Notes: generated from the sequence alone by a model not told the origin. Positions 45,096-59,436 are shown, counted from the first letter of the stretch. The stretch: 64,000 nt of DNA from Chrysomallon squamiferum (GCA_012295275.1 CM022673.1:29822001-29886000), one strand, 5' to 3'. Numbers and translations: made by a program.

Positions 45096-47939
45096 AAAAA
45101 GACTAAATAGTTTAGCATCAGTAAAAGACAAGTCATACGAGTATTCATGATCAATATTCGTACATCAAGCAGAGAGTGAGGAAGCTAAAGTGTTACATAA
45201 AATTTTCTCTCTATTTTAGTTTCCTGTTACAGTAAAATGGATGGTTGCATGTACATACTTTTCGTTTGTCTTGTCTTGTAAATTTATTTTTCATTTTTAT
45301 CCCATTAAAAGCTATTGACATTCACTGTATGAGTAATATAAATTAATTAGATAAAGCTATATATATTAAATTGTATTTTATATATCAGTATTATTAGGTA
45401 ATTAATACCATATGTATGTTTTGGGTTGGAAACAAACAAAACAAAAATGTTTTGGTACCACTATGTTAACGTAACACAGGATGTATCAGCTATGGGAAGC
45501 AAGTCTGTGTGCAAGATAAGGAAAAGAAAAGGTAAACTATTCGACACCCAATCTGATACTAAATCAGGGCTTTCATTTATTTATTATAATTATTAAGTTA
45601 TAAAGTGAAAGTGGTAATTAAGATAATGTAAGAAATTTCATCAAATTAAATATTTTACAAGTGCATAAGGTCACCAGCTATTACTCCAACGGCTTCCTGG
45701 ACTCAGTGAGTAAACTAAAAATTTTAAATTTAATAATCAAGTAATTTGTTTTAACCAAGTGACACCAAATTAATAAAAATGACGTAACATAAATAATAAA
45801 TTAGTTTCATTGTTCTTAAATACATTCTGACACAACTGGCACTATTAATAGCGACTGACGCGATTAAATTTAATGCTGAATCTAAGTTGTCTCATTATTG
45901 TGTAAATTAATTTTACAAACTTGTACTTACCAGGAAGAATTGTTAATTTCTTCAGTTTCGAACTCGGACAGTATACATAAATCAATAATTATAAGATAAT
46001 CATAATAATTCCGAAAATCAAGGCCGAAGTATATTCTTGCATCTATAATTGAAGTAAATATACTACATCCATAATTCTCATTCAAAACTTCGGCTAGAAT
46101 AGTTCGGAAGTCTCGTTGTTTTTTAAAGAGAATGCGATACATAATTATTCTTACAAACACATGTTTTTTTTTAAATTAATAAATCCAAATTAAAATACGA
46201 TCAATAAATTTTAAAGAAGTATGTATGACCTAGATCAGTTCATTTTTTTTTAAACACCCTAATATTTTAAGTAGTATCCAAAATTAGGAAATTAGACTAT
46301 ATGACGTTTATAATTTAATTTACATAACTATGTAAATGTATACAGAAATATTTAAAAGCACAAATAAAAACAGTAACAATAAATACAAGAAAAAATATTT
46401 TCAATGAATATAATCTAACACCCCTACACTGATTTAAATAATTGACTCATCCAGTTGTCGTTTGTTAAAAATAACATTGTAAGAATATGCACAGTAATAC
46501 TGTTTAATTATTGCGGATTCAAATGTATTTTCATAATTTCTATTTTTAAAAACAATATTACAAACAAAAATATTTATGTTAACTCTACATATTTAAATGT
46601 TATCTTTGCCTAAGTTTGATCGGGCAGTAAATATTAGAAAATGAAAACCAGTTTTAGAGTGAACATTTTAATGAAAATTTCGTTTAAAAATAAAAAAATT
46701 TTAAATACATTTAGGCTAACTGCATTAAGAATTCGTTAATCTTTTTTACTCTTAACGATAATAGTAGAAAAATGGAATTAGACACGTTTCACTGGATTAA
46801 TACGAACCTGCACACAGCACGAGACGCCTTAGGATACAAGAATAAAAATTAAAGATCATTCATTATTTTTATTGATATATTACTTTCCATAATACGTTCA
46901 AATCCAAATGAAGTTTTGGATGTTTGAAGATGGATTATAAACTACTGAAATTGTATAATTTAATTTCAATTGAGGTGGGGCCCATATAATTCAGTGTCTG
47001 GTGGATCATGGCAGTCATCGCACTGTTTCATCTTCGACACCACAGAGGTATTCTCTACTCTGAATACAGCAAAGTTCTTACCCATGAGCCTAGTACAGGT
47101 TCTCTACTGGTCGATTCGATACCCTGAAGCACAAAGGACCAATCAAATCATTTGACACATGGATGAGAAGTTCGGCTATTTTAATTTATTTTTGGAATAT
47201 ATTACTTCCTGCTCGAAAATCCAATGCTCTACAGGGTTACACTTTAGAATTTTTGACGAAAGTCGCAGTTTTGGCGTCGCGAAACTTGTGTGATTTGTTG
47301 TTGTTGTTTCGGTGCTGCCTTACTGTTAGATTTGTTACTTAACAAAGGATTAATGAGGCTACAGAGCGCATTGTCGACAGTTAAAATATGTAAATAAAGG
47401 CTCATAAAAGCAACGACATATCTTTGTTGTAAAAATATTACTAAAGTGTATCCATTTGCAAATTTTGGATCTATATGCAAATTTTATTATCCTAACTTAA
47501 GTAAATACATTTTGGTTAGATCAAATTTTTTTTTTTTTTTTTTTTTTACTATTAATCACAATCAGGACTAATTACAATTGTTAAGTGTTGATTTAGTATA
47601 ATCGTCTTTACCTTATTATATTTTTTTTTTTTTTTTTTTTTTGTCAAAACATATACTGCTAGAAAGAATGGCGAATATTGCCAAAAGCAACAGGAAATTT
47701 ATTCACGGGTGTTTTTCATTTTGTGATCCGCGACTACACATTCAAGACACAAAAACAATATAAGGAGTATTGTTTTACACCATTGTTTTCATTATGTTGT
47801 ACATGGGACATAATGTATCATCTCGATTTCTGTCACACTAATCTGAAAATTATATTAAAATATAATAGAAATATTTAGTTAATAAATCTTTGTTTTGCAG
47901 CTACTAAAATCTTAAATAATTTAGCATGTGGAAGTGGAC

Positions 47940-48073
47940 AAAGCTGACGTCAATTGGTGACAGCTAATGTCAGAAGCCTACTTGACGTCATAATCTACAT
48001 AACGTTGTCGCATGTACGTTGGGATTTGGCACAGGTGAATCAAAACAAATATGAATATGCGCGTAGATATCCG
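47940..48073 (+). promoter_or_regulatory. CRE-containing promoter of orphan gene B
   Basis: Two perfect TGACGTCA palindromes at 47945-47952 and 47983-47990, 85-130 bp upstream of the ATG at 48074. A third lies at 48383-48390 in intron 1. Confidence 0.6.
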
Positions 48074-50879
48074 ATGGAGATTGTAGACAGTTGCGAAGGC
48101 CCCACCGAAGCTAATAATACAGCCCCGAGCCAGACACCTGATGTCGATGAGTAAGATTATTTAAAAAACAAACAAAAAACAACTTGGATTGTTATTAAAA
48201 AGTTTATGTCATAGGTGTGCACTGCTGGTGTCAGGGTATTTCTAAAATAATAATGAATGAACTTTAATTGTGTATATTAATTTCTTTTCGAAAGTTTATG
48301 AACAATGTTAAGGAGGCGTTAACCCGTTCTTTGTAGCTGAATAAAACTATATCTAATTTCCTGTGATAGAAAATTAAAATAATGACGTCACAGACAGATT
48401 AATAAATAATTTTTGACTATTTCATTTGTAAAATACCTAAATAACTCATTAACAAGCATGAATTTTAAAAAAATTCCTTCGATTTTATACACAAACAAAA
48501 TTAACACTCCTATGTCCATCAGTGGGACAGATGTCTTTGAACGTTATGTTAATGTAAACATTTCAAATAATATCCTGTTGTAACAATAAAAGATGACATT
48601 TTAAATATCGTTCATAAATTTCTAACTTAGACATTAATTGCTGTAACAAAGCCTAAATAAATATATGCACAGAAAATAAAATCAATCTGTTTAATACTTC
48701 AGATTTAACATATTTGATGCAAGTCAAACAGAAGACGATGGCCTCGGTATTCAAGTTCTGATCGTACCTTTATGCGCACTGTACATCTCCGATATGTACC
48801 GAATTTTCACGAGCGGTACCACTATGGCATGGGTAACAGTTTATAGACATTGTTATATAGGTTTTTAAAATTAATTAATTTTATTTTATTTATTTATTTA
48901 TTATTATTATAAATTTATTATTATCATCATCATCATCAATATTATTACTTTGTTTTTGCTGTTGTTCTTTCTTTGAGGAAATATTTACAAAATGAGTTTA
49001 TGAAATTTAAAATATGGAAATATTGCTGCATTTAGATAATTATTGTAACCTGTTAAGGTACATACATAATTTACACACACACACACACACACACAAAATC
49101 ACTATAAATCACACAATCAAAGACCAAAAAAAAAAAAAAATGGATATATATATACACACAGAGAGAAAATGTTTGCATTACGCCTGATGATGGGGTTCTG
49201 TTCGTTACAAAGTCAGTCATAACAGTCTTATGCGCTACAGATGCTTTTCTTCATATATGTATATATTGTGCTCTTTTTATTCTTTCATTCTTTTCTTCTT
49301 CTTCTTCTTTTTTTTTAATTTTAAAATTTATTGTTATCTTTTTCTTTTTCTAGTTTGTTTTTTAAATTTTGAAAATTAAAACCATTTTGAAAATATTCTT
49401 TTGTGATCTAAACCTGCAGTTAACACTAAAGGAGTAACAAGTATTGATCGAAATAAAGATAGTTCCGTCCCAAAAAGAAGATCATGTAATTTTATCTCGC
49501 TCCTACGTACAGTGATAGGATATATAAAATATGAGAGAGAGGTCAGTTTGCATGGTATAACAATTATCTTTTATTTTCAGTTAATTTTTACTCAGTTTTT
49601 CTGGACTGCGGTTGTTGTCCTGGGAATTTTATGCGCAGTAAGAGGTAAAAACGTATTTCAGTATGTCTAAATACTTCTTGTTTATTAATTAAAAGTAATT
49701 TTTGTAGATTTGTCATATGTTGCATATGTGAATTCAGTTTCCCGCCCACGTTTTAAATTGTATTATTGTTGTTGTTGTTGTCGTTGTTGTTGTTGTTATT
49801 ATTATTATTATTATTATGTCTTTAAAATGAAATTAATTTCATCTTGAATTTATATGTGATAAAAATGGCGTGCCTCCTTATTTAAATAAATAAATAAATA
49901 AATGAATACAGCATCAACATCAGAATCGTCTCCATCATTTGGTACTTCAGTGTCAGTACCACGTCAATATCGCTAACTCGAAATCTCCATTGGTTTTTGA
50001 TGATAAATCACTAAACGCTACTTGATTCTCAGATAACAGTTTTAATATACAAGTGAGACACTTAACGGCAATAAAATCGCACAGTATTCATGATAACATT
50101 TGTACTTTGGTAGATTAAGCTGCATTCAGAAATCCCTGGTTTCTGCAAGTAGTTCTAAAGATGGAATAGTTCTGTATTCGGTATTATCATAGACTAGTGT
50201 GAATGTTGACTGTTTTGAATACCTCAAGTGCATAAAGCCACATTAAGATTATCTTAATGTGTATGGTTTGTATAGAAAGAGGATTTGTCAGTCTATCATA
50301 CGATCTTAACTTATGAAAGTCAAGCAGATATTTTATTTAACAGAAAGTCAGAAATCGTAGGAAAGACTTTGTTTCTGAAAACAACTTTATAATATCTGTT
50401 GGTCAAATGTTTTGTATGTTAATAGACAATGTTGAATGCCTTTTACGTTATAGCCAGATTTAATTAGAGATTCTAATGAATCATTGTGCATTTTTCATTT
50501 GGAACATGTTCTTCCGTTTCACACATTTTAATATATCTGTTGGTTTTAATCGTCGCTTTTAGATCAGGGCTAGTGCCACCACTGTAGTTAAATAAATTAG
50601 TAACTACGTAGAAAGATAATGTACACTAAAATTGTTGAAAGCTGGGAAGAGGAGACTCGTGATAAACCTCTATAACAGATCTCGTTAAAAGAATCTGCTT
50701 TATCTCTGCTAACATTCATTTGATATATATAATTAATAAAAATAACGACATACATTGGGATTCACTATCAATTTTCAAGAGTTTCGAAAACTTCGGTTAG
50801 AATTATTTTTGGTATTTTTGTATCTATTATTAGTCTAAATAATAATAATAATATATATCTATATCTATATCTATAACTT

Positions 50880-50956
<77 letters not shown>

Positions 50957-51445
50957 GTTTAGCAGAAAAGGTCAACAGAGTGAACAGAGATGTTTTGCAT
51001 TAATGGATTTAAATGCAGGTGCGGTCCAGGGGTAATGTAATGTGCGGTTTCTGATTAAAACGATTTTGCAGAAATGTATTGTTCTGTTGCTGCCTATCAA
51101 AAAATTCCACGAAAGTCAGTTAAACGCACACCTACACTCACATTTATATACACAAACACACAAAAATTTGCTTACCTACAAATGGTCACGAATTTCTCGC
51201 AGTTGACTCTTTAAGCTAACGTGACAACCTGTGTCAATGAATCAATAAAGATGAAACTTGAGGAAAATGTTGACGACATCCTATCAAAAACTGAACAGAT
51301 GGTAGGTTACGGATTTCAGTATCAAACTACTTGTTTTTAGGCATGCAAACTGATTCATTTTATTTACAAGTTATTAGCAACAGCCAGTTGCATGTATTAA
51401 TGAAGCCTGTAATTACTTTTAATGTTTGTGCTTATCTGTGAGCGC

Positions 51446-51477
<32 letters not shown>

Positions 51478-52203
51478 TTTTTTATATATGTGTTTCAAAC
51501 TTACTTAAAATAAAAAGGGAGAATAATTAATTTCACACCTCTTTTCAGGCAAAGGGAGAAAGAATTTTCGTTGATCAATTTATTTATATAAACCAAATAA
51601 AAAGAAACAATATTATCAAATGATATAAAACTGTAAGGAATATATTAGGTGAAGCTATATTTCAGTGTTTAAAGTTTCTAATCTTGTGATTCCAAGAAAT
51701 CTGATTTAAAGACATAGAAATTTCAAAAATTACAAAATAGAATTGATGTAGACCTCTAAATAGAGCATGCATTGTGCGTTTCTGTTCAAAAAGAAAATCA
51801 TTTGCCGCCAAAGCTTTCGAGCATAAAATATGTTCTTTCAGATACTGTGAATTTATTGTGTGTGTGTATGTGTGTGTGATAGAAATAATTAAAAAGATTT
51901 AAATCCTTTTCACAACAGTACAAGACAGTGAGCGAAATGAAAGTGTAGTTAGACTAACTGGGATCTGTCAGTGCAGTAGGTAAAATGTTAGTACACGTAC
52001 AGGTTTTCAGCACAGCAGAATTCCACTGAAGTAACAGATATTTCCACGTGTAATGTTTTGTGTTCTGATAAGTATCTGAATGTATCAGTTGACTGCATCT
52101 AGGTAATCACCTTCTGCTCCTTCCATCACCCACTTCTAGGGTGCATCCAAGATGTTAATAAAGAGGGGGGTATCATAATTTTGTCGATATAATTATCTAG
52201 ATA

Positions 52204-52257
<54 letters not shown>

Positions 52258-54038
52258 TAATTATTATTATTATTATTACATTTAAAAAAACAAAAACAAA
52301 ATCGCGCGCATTTTCTAATTCACATTTACATATATACAGAATCTAATTAATTACTAATTAAAACGGAGTAAACTGAGAATTTTTTTTTTTGTCAGTCTGT
52401 TTTATTTATTTATTATTTCTACAAATATATGCATTTTATGAAGAACAGAAGCAGTAAAAGAAGAAGAAAAAGAAATCATCTTGTCAAAAACTGAACAGAT
52501 GGTAGATTACGGATTTCAGTATGAAACTACTTGTTTTTAGGCGTGCAAACTGATTCATTTTATTTACAAGTTATTAGCAACAGCCAGTTGCATGTATTAA
52601 TGAAGCCTGTAATTACTTTTAATGTTTGTGCTTATCTGTATGCGCTATATATATATATAGATATATTATTTTTAATATGTGCTTTAAACTGACATATAAT
52701 TAAAAGGCCTGGATCAGTTATTCTTGTTTACTGTAATAAGCTGGCTGTCAGTGGTTAGAAGGTTGACTCGAGATCTGGAGGGTCGCTGGGTCAGTCCTCC
52801 ATGGCTCTCTGGTTGGGTTATTTTCCTTTAACGCTCGTGCACTATGTTTAGTGTTTGGGAAGGTGTTCATAAAATGAAGCTGTGGTAGCGGGTTTCCTCT
52901 TTCATTTAACAAAACAGTGCAAAATTAGGGCTGGCATTTAATAACAGTTAATGATGAAAATATATTGAGTCATTAATATATGTGAGTGCATGTGTTTTGA
53001 CTGACACATAATACCCGTTAAAATGTATTCTTGTGTTCTCTCGTACGTTCTGTTCTTGCTCCCAGTGTACTGCTTTAGACACATGCTGCTGGAACTGATT
53101 ATGAAGTTTCTGCACGAGGAATATGGCGGCTGCATTCCCGGACTTCGAGACAGCGAAACGCGTTGTATAGGTAGTCAGACAGATAACATGGATTATCAGT
53201 CGGAATCCGATAAGTTAATAAAACAATACAGCAAAGAACTTAAACAAGCCCAGCGATACATTCTCCAGATGAAACGGAAATTTACACAAAGAGGTAACTG
53301 ATAAATGTGTGAGACAAATGGATATATGGATAAATAGATAGACTGTATAGGTAACCTTTTCTATAAGGAAGAAGAAAAATCATTAGCTATATGAACGAAC
53401 ACACACACACACACACACACACATTGGCTTTAAACATTATGCTCATAATCTGTGAAACATTAAGCATATCGGTGAAACTGAAAATCAGATATTTAATACA
53501 TTTTGTTGTCTTAATAATTAATATTTACATATATAGTCTTTTTAATAATTAATATTTACATTTTTAATTACATATCTCTCACTAGAGTAGGCCAAGAATT
53601 ATTTCTAAATTTCTTTATAAATCGTTATTATTATTTATTTTTTGTAATATATATATATATATATATTTTTTAAATCGGTTAATTACTTAAATACATTAAT
53701 TAAGAATATCAAATAAAATAGGATAATAAATTTTGCATTTTACATTTTGTTCTTTATTTTTATAATTATAATATACTGACGTTTCAGTTTGTGCTTTAAA
53801 AGAAATGTCGAAACAACGGAGTCAGTTTTTGTCGAAAATGCAGCTAAAGTTTCCGAACATAGAGCGCGAGAAAGAGCTTCTGTTGGCCGAACGAGACGCG
53901 ATAGAAAAACAGTACCAAGAAGAGAAGAGACGAAACCGCGAACTTATCAACCGTTTTCAGCGACTTCACCAACAGTTTGGCAGAGTAGGCCAAGCGCCAT
54001 TTACACAGCACCCACGCGAGCCAAACAGTGTTTTGTGA
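48074..54038 (+). CDS. Orphan gene B: predicted membrane-anchored coiled-coil protein, 249 aa (exons 48074-48150, 48703-48832, 49581-49644, 53066-53293, 53788-54038)
   Basis: Five GT-AG exons chain into one 750-nt open frame (phases 2,0,1,1): MEIVDSCEGPTEANNTAPSQTPDVDEFNIFDASQTEDDGLGIQVLIVPLCALYISDMYRIFTSGTTMAWLIFTQFFWTAVVVLGILCAVRVYCFRHMLLELIMKFLHEEYGGCIPGLRDSETRCIGSQTDNMDYQSESDKLIKQYSKELKQAQRYILQMKRKFTQRVCALKEMSKQRSQFLSKMQLKFPNIEREKELLLAERDAIEKQYQEEKRRNRELINRFQRLHQQFGRVGQAPFTQHPREPNSVL*. AATAAA follows at ~54100. No family recognised. Confidence 0.75.
51284..52660 (+). repeat. ~175-bp direct duplication (51284-51460 and 52484-52660)
   Basis: tcaaaaactgaacagatggtagRttacggatttcagtat...gcttatctgt..gcgctatatatata occurs twice with about 5 substitutions, offset by 1200 bp. 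Confidence 0.93.
52741..52905 (+). mobile_element. Degenerate tRNA-derived SINE in intron 3 of orphan gene B
   Basis: Pol III box A-like TGGCTGTCAGTGG (52742-52754) and box B-like GGGTCAGTCC (~52788-52797) at tRNA-like spacing. A downstream agcgggtttcctct segment resembles mollusc SINE bodies (recalled from memory, not searched). Confidence 0.45.
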
Positions 54039-54110
54039 TCTTTGGTATTAAAATGGGGAAAGTGAAATAATAATAATAATAAAAAAGTTAATAATAACAA
54101 TAAATAAATA

Positions 54111-54161
<51 letters not shown>

Positions 54162-54391
54162 AGGAAAGAAAGAAAACATGGTAATAATATTATGTGTTTA
54201 ATTTGTTTATTTAATATATATATATGTATATATACACATAATGTTTTAAAACTTATATTTATTTATATATATATACATATATCAACTTTGTCGTTGTTGT
54301 GTTCTGCAAGTATATGACTTTAGAAAGTGTACCAACTACCACTGAATGATCGATAACAGTTTTTGGAAATTTTAATTTGCGATTAATTTCA

Positions 54392-54468
<77 letters not shown>

Positions 54469-54589
54469 TTATCAATGTCTCCTCTTTGATCCTTTTTAAT
54501 AGTCCTTCTGCATACTTTGCTGAACAACAAAAACAAAATGAATCTGCTGTTTATGAACTCGGAAAAAAGACATTCACAAGCACACTCTC

Positions 54590-54858
54590 CAGTGGCGTGC
54601 AGAGGGGGGAGTCCGAAGCGGCGGTATCCCTCGGCATTCAAATAGGGGGGGGGCATCCAATAAGAGAAAAGAACAATAAATTTGTTAATTTATATTTAAA
54701 TCGAATGAAGTGTTTATTTTATGTTTCGTCTGTATTTTCATATTCAAAATATCTTCCATTCTAATACTGTTCCTCAGAACAAGGCCTTATACGCGAGCCT
54801 TTGGGGCATACAATCAAGGAGTTGGCCCCGGGTATCACCAGACCTCTGCACGCCTCTG
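54590..54858. mobile_element. hAT-like MITE
   Basis: 16-bp TIR with one mismatch: CAGTGGCGTGCAGAGG...CCTCTGCACGCCTCTG. Flanks acactctc / aactctct resemble a decayed TSD. Confidence 0.7.
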
Positions 54859-54965
54859 AACTCTCTTTCACTCACACGTGTATTACCCGATCTCTCTCTG
54901 AAACACAAATATATTCTGTCTTTCTTACACATACAATCGTTTTTACACAAATAATATTTCCTTTA

Positions 54966-55003
<38 letters not shown>

Positions 55004-57287
55004 GGAGTAAAACATAAAAAAAAAAAAAAAAATCTAGGTCATTTTATTTTAAATTCAACTCAACAAAACGTCTAGGATAGATTGGCACGTGCGATCTTTG
55101 CGCACGCTGTTCTCGGAAATTAACAACTCGTTCCAATAACCAGAGTCACGTGCAGGTTTTTAAAACAGATTACCTGCTGTCGTTTAGATATCTCATACGC
55201 TTGTCGTCTGAGTACGCACAATTTACAGAATTATGAGCATGCAAGGGGAACATTTTTTAAAATAAAATCAACGCACAAAATCAAAGAAAAAGAAAAGTGA
55301 GAGACAAATTTAAAACAATTATTTCCTTCAACATATTTAAAACGAAAAAGAACGAAATAACAGCTAAGTAATAATAAATTTAAGAGTGGACTGTCTTGGT
55401 TGGGGGCGTCATGTGATTATTTCCCGTTCCATCCCAGATTCATCAGAAAACACAGATACTTGTATAAAAACAAAACTAATCTACAAAACAAAGGGTAGAA
55501 ATAGTGATCAGTGTAATCAGTTTTGGCGTTACGAGTACAGGACTGCTCGATCAATTTCTCATGTTCTTTTTTTTTTTTTTCATTTTTTTTTTTCATTCTG
55601 CTCGTTATTTCCCATTTTAGTTTATTATTCAAAAGTTCCAATAAAGGGATATTAGTCTATATGATTACTATGATAAGACTGTGTTCAAACTATGAGAAAT
55701 TTAGGCGAGATTGTAGTTGATGCATGATGGTTATTTACAGTAGTCTTGACTAATACACCCAAGATCTTAAATTTTATAGCTTTCGGGGAATGTATCATAA
55801 ATAAATAAATAAATAAAAAGTTTAATTACTAGTAATTGTTATAAAAATCTGCTGAAGCTTTATCAAAAAGCTAATGTAATAGATATTCCTTTGAATATAG
55901 CTGATTACCTAATAATTATTGCTATATTCTGTTTATTTATTGGAAATCCGAACTGTAATGAAGCTATTTATTTATTTTGCCAATTCACATCAGTTTACAA
56001 AAACTGTAATAGAAATACTCCTTTTGCGTGCCATTTATAAGTGTGTGGTCATTACAAAGTCCTTTTATGAATTAGTAATATTTTAACTTCTACCAGCGTG
56101 GAATAAAACAATTTTTCATAAACAGCAAGTGAAATAATTTGTTACATTTTATCATTCTTTTGTTCCTGGGATTACATGATCACCAATATTACCTTTTGAA
56201 ATTCGAAATTGAAGTATAGAAAAATGTTTTGCAGTTCTTTTCAGTAACACCATGATCACACAGGCCTAATATTAAAAGTAAAGCAGATTGGTTTTCATGT
56301 TTGGAAAAAAATTACAAAATGCATGACTGTAAAATAATTAAAAAAATAAAAGAGAATAATTATTTATTTAGTCACATACTTCGCCTATTTATTTTTATCA
56401 TATTTTATACCTTATCAAAGATAGAATTTAGCTTTTATCACGAAACATTTTTCTTTTCTTTGCCTGATATTATTTCACCTAATAACTTTAAGTATGGATG
56501 GTTTGAATGAACCAAGGAATTATTATCGAAAATGTAAAGTAAAATAAATATTTTTAATAAATAAAAAGGAGAAAATGCTTAACTCAATTATTAAGTTCTT
56601 AACCCCGTTTCAGAAAACCTTCAACCACTTATTGCCACTACATAAAAAAAAATAAAAATAAAAATCTTAGTGAAATTCATACAGTTCTTTGAAAATTTGC
56701 AACACATGGTTAAGGTTCTTTTCCTAATAATAAGAGTGACTCAAATTGTGGCATTTCCTTTTCTTATTAACATCTTGAATATGATGCGAGTCCCAAATGA
56801 ACCAGTATACAGAATGGTTCTTACATTGATTGACCGACGTGCTGCCAATAATCACACACACCTGTAGAACGTATAACACCGGCGTCATTCCCAGTGCACG
56901 TATCTACAACAGAGGTATCGGATTGCGCTGGTGTCCTTAAAAGGAAAGCTGGGATTCCCCTCCAAGAAATCCATCAGTCATCGCGCTGCTACTTACAATA
57001 TGCAGTAACATGTAGACATTGTTGTAGGCGAACATATGGATATGTAAATATTATTACCTTCAGGCTTAATCACACCTGTATTAGTAATAATTACTTACTC
57101 AGTGATAAATACACAACAGGTCGCTAGTTCAGTTCCTCGGTTCGTGAAGATTGTTATAAAAAATATAATATCAAAAATACTTTTAGCACATCAGTCGCCT
57201 GTGTATCTTATTATTTATTATAATAATCTAGTGAATAAGTCAGCGCTTTTGACAGTTTTTAAAATTATTTGATCATTAAAAAAATAA

Positions 57288-57318
<31 letters not shown>

Positions 57319-57395
57319 GTAATAATGAATATGTTTTATTATTGTGTCTATTTGGCCGACAGGAAAACCAGGCAGTATATCGTTAAACAGAGAGG

Positions 57396-57426
<31 letters not shown>

Positions 57427-57810
57427 TGTGTGTGTGTGTGTGTGTGTGTGCGTGCGCGCGCTGCTTAACAGACCATTTAATGACAGTTTAAAATAGCAAA
57501 AACAATGAAGCACTGTACATTTGTTATAATTATAATAATAATAATAAGAAGAAGAAGAAGAAGAAGAAGAAGTAGAAGAATAACAACAATAATAAACATA
57601 ATTATGAACATTCATATATAATCAATATGAACATATTGTTTTTAATTAATTTTTTTTTTTTTTTTTTTTCCATCTTCTTTCTTGAAAATTAAATGCAATC
57701 CTTCTTCGGAAATTTTGAGAAAAAAAGAATCAAAACAACTATTTTTAACAAACTTTCATCCAAACGTAAATTATATAAAACCCTTGTCACATATTGTATC
57801 AAATTTATTA

Positions 57811-57868
<58 letters not shown>

Positions 57869-57993
57869 TAAAAATAAAAATAATAAACAGTATCACTACT
57901 ATCATAATTATGTTTGATATTAGTTATAAAAGTAATTTAAGAGTTCCAACAATTATTCCTTCCGACTGTAACCTGTCTTGCACCTCGGTTATT

Positions 57994-58061
<68 letters not shown>

Positions 58062-58679
58062 TCCCCAACTACTGTTCATTATTATTTAAAATTATATATC
58101 TTATTAAATTTAAATTAAGACCCATCTCGTATTTGCTTTAATTAAAGAGGGTCAAGAACATTCTTAAGACATCGTGTGGCCATTTTTCATAAAATTAATA
58201 CAACATTCGAAGTAAATAAATTAAGTCAAACAATACCGATGGAAAGAAATAAATCCGTACCGAAAATAAAATTTTACTTTTCTTTAAATGAAACTACATA
58301 AAAAAAAAAAAAAAAAAACTACAACATACAAACAAAACAAGAAAAACAATGACAATATAATAATCATATGGTAGAAGCAAAACAACCAAAATTAAAACCT
58401 AAGGAAAATCATAAATGTTATGGACATACCAACTATCCCTTCGCACAAAATATTTGGCATCCAATTTGCAAACTTAAATTCAAATCCCCCCCCTATATTA
58501 ATTTATCACTAATTAAAGTTAAGCTTTTATTTTGTATTTTAAATTAACTTAAAATATTTTCATGGTTTAGTTTTCTATAATCTAAATATTTATTAAATGT
58601 AACCATCCACATGATGTAAAAACATCACCTATTATTATCTTAAACTGTCATCAATTCAAATAATACGTTAAAAATTAAT

Positions 58680-59099
58680 CTACCCAATAACGACAATGAC
58701 CAGCAAGCAACACGTCTGCGTTAAACTTGGCAGGCGCGAAATACCATCCAGCAGACGAGTGTCTTGAAAGTGCACGTGCCATGTAACTTTAGAATAGGGG
58801 TGATGGGTTGCGATTTGTACTGCATTAGTTATTGATGTGCAATTCCTTTATTGTTAAGAACATGTGTTTAAAACCACTTTACATAACAGTACTATTATTT
58901 CGTTTTGTTTTAAGTAAAATAATTTCACGTGGTGTTTAAAATCGTTTAAATAATAAGTACAAATCCCCCTTCTGTTCCAATTGACTACCCTTGTCGAAGT
59001 ACAGGGAAGCTGTCAGAAGCTATCGGCTGACACGGTACTTCTTGAGTTTGTTGCATTTGTTTTGTTGATTTACAAGAACGGTTCTACCCTGTTTTGAAG
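58680..59099 (+). promoter_or_regulatory. Putative boule promoter and 5' UTR
   Basis: GC-richer patch directly upstream of ATG|gtaagt, with CCAAT (58684, 58977), an E2F-type GGCGCGAAA (58733-58741) and E-boxes CACGTG (58773-58778, 58926-58931). Confidence 0.5.
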
Positions 59100-59436
59100 A
59101 TGGTAAGTGTTTTATATTTTAAAGTATTAATAGTTTAGGAATCAGATGAAAATTTTCAAACAGATATTTCCATTGAAATTTAGTCGATACATGCAGTGAA
59201 ACACGGTTTTACCGGACATAATGGGGATCGGAAAAGTTACCACCGATCAAATCAGGATGGTTTGCATCGTTTTTGACTGGAACTTGTCTAAATATAGATC
59301 CACATCTAGATATTTGACTCCAAAAATTATTGTTTTTCTTTCTTTCTTTTTTTTGAAAATTAAATATATCTTTTCTTTTCTTTTAAAGTTTTTTTCACCT
59401 TTTTTATATTTAAGAATTTAAAATGGTTTTCTGTCT

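Noticed and set aside
47901-48073. Apparent exon after ttgcag with a single in-frame TGA at 47945 (read-through or selenocysteine idea)
   Set aside because: The TGA is the first half of a CRE palindrome and no SECIS is evident. A promoter/5' UTR reading with ATG 48074 is simpler.
52741-52800. Possible tRNA gene
   Set aside because: Box B is degenerate and no clean cloverleaf can be drawn; a SINE head fits better.
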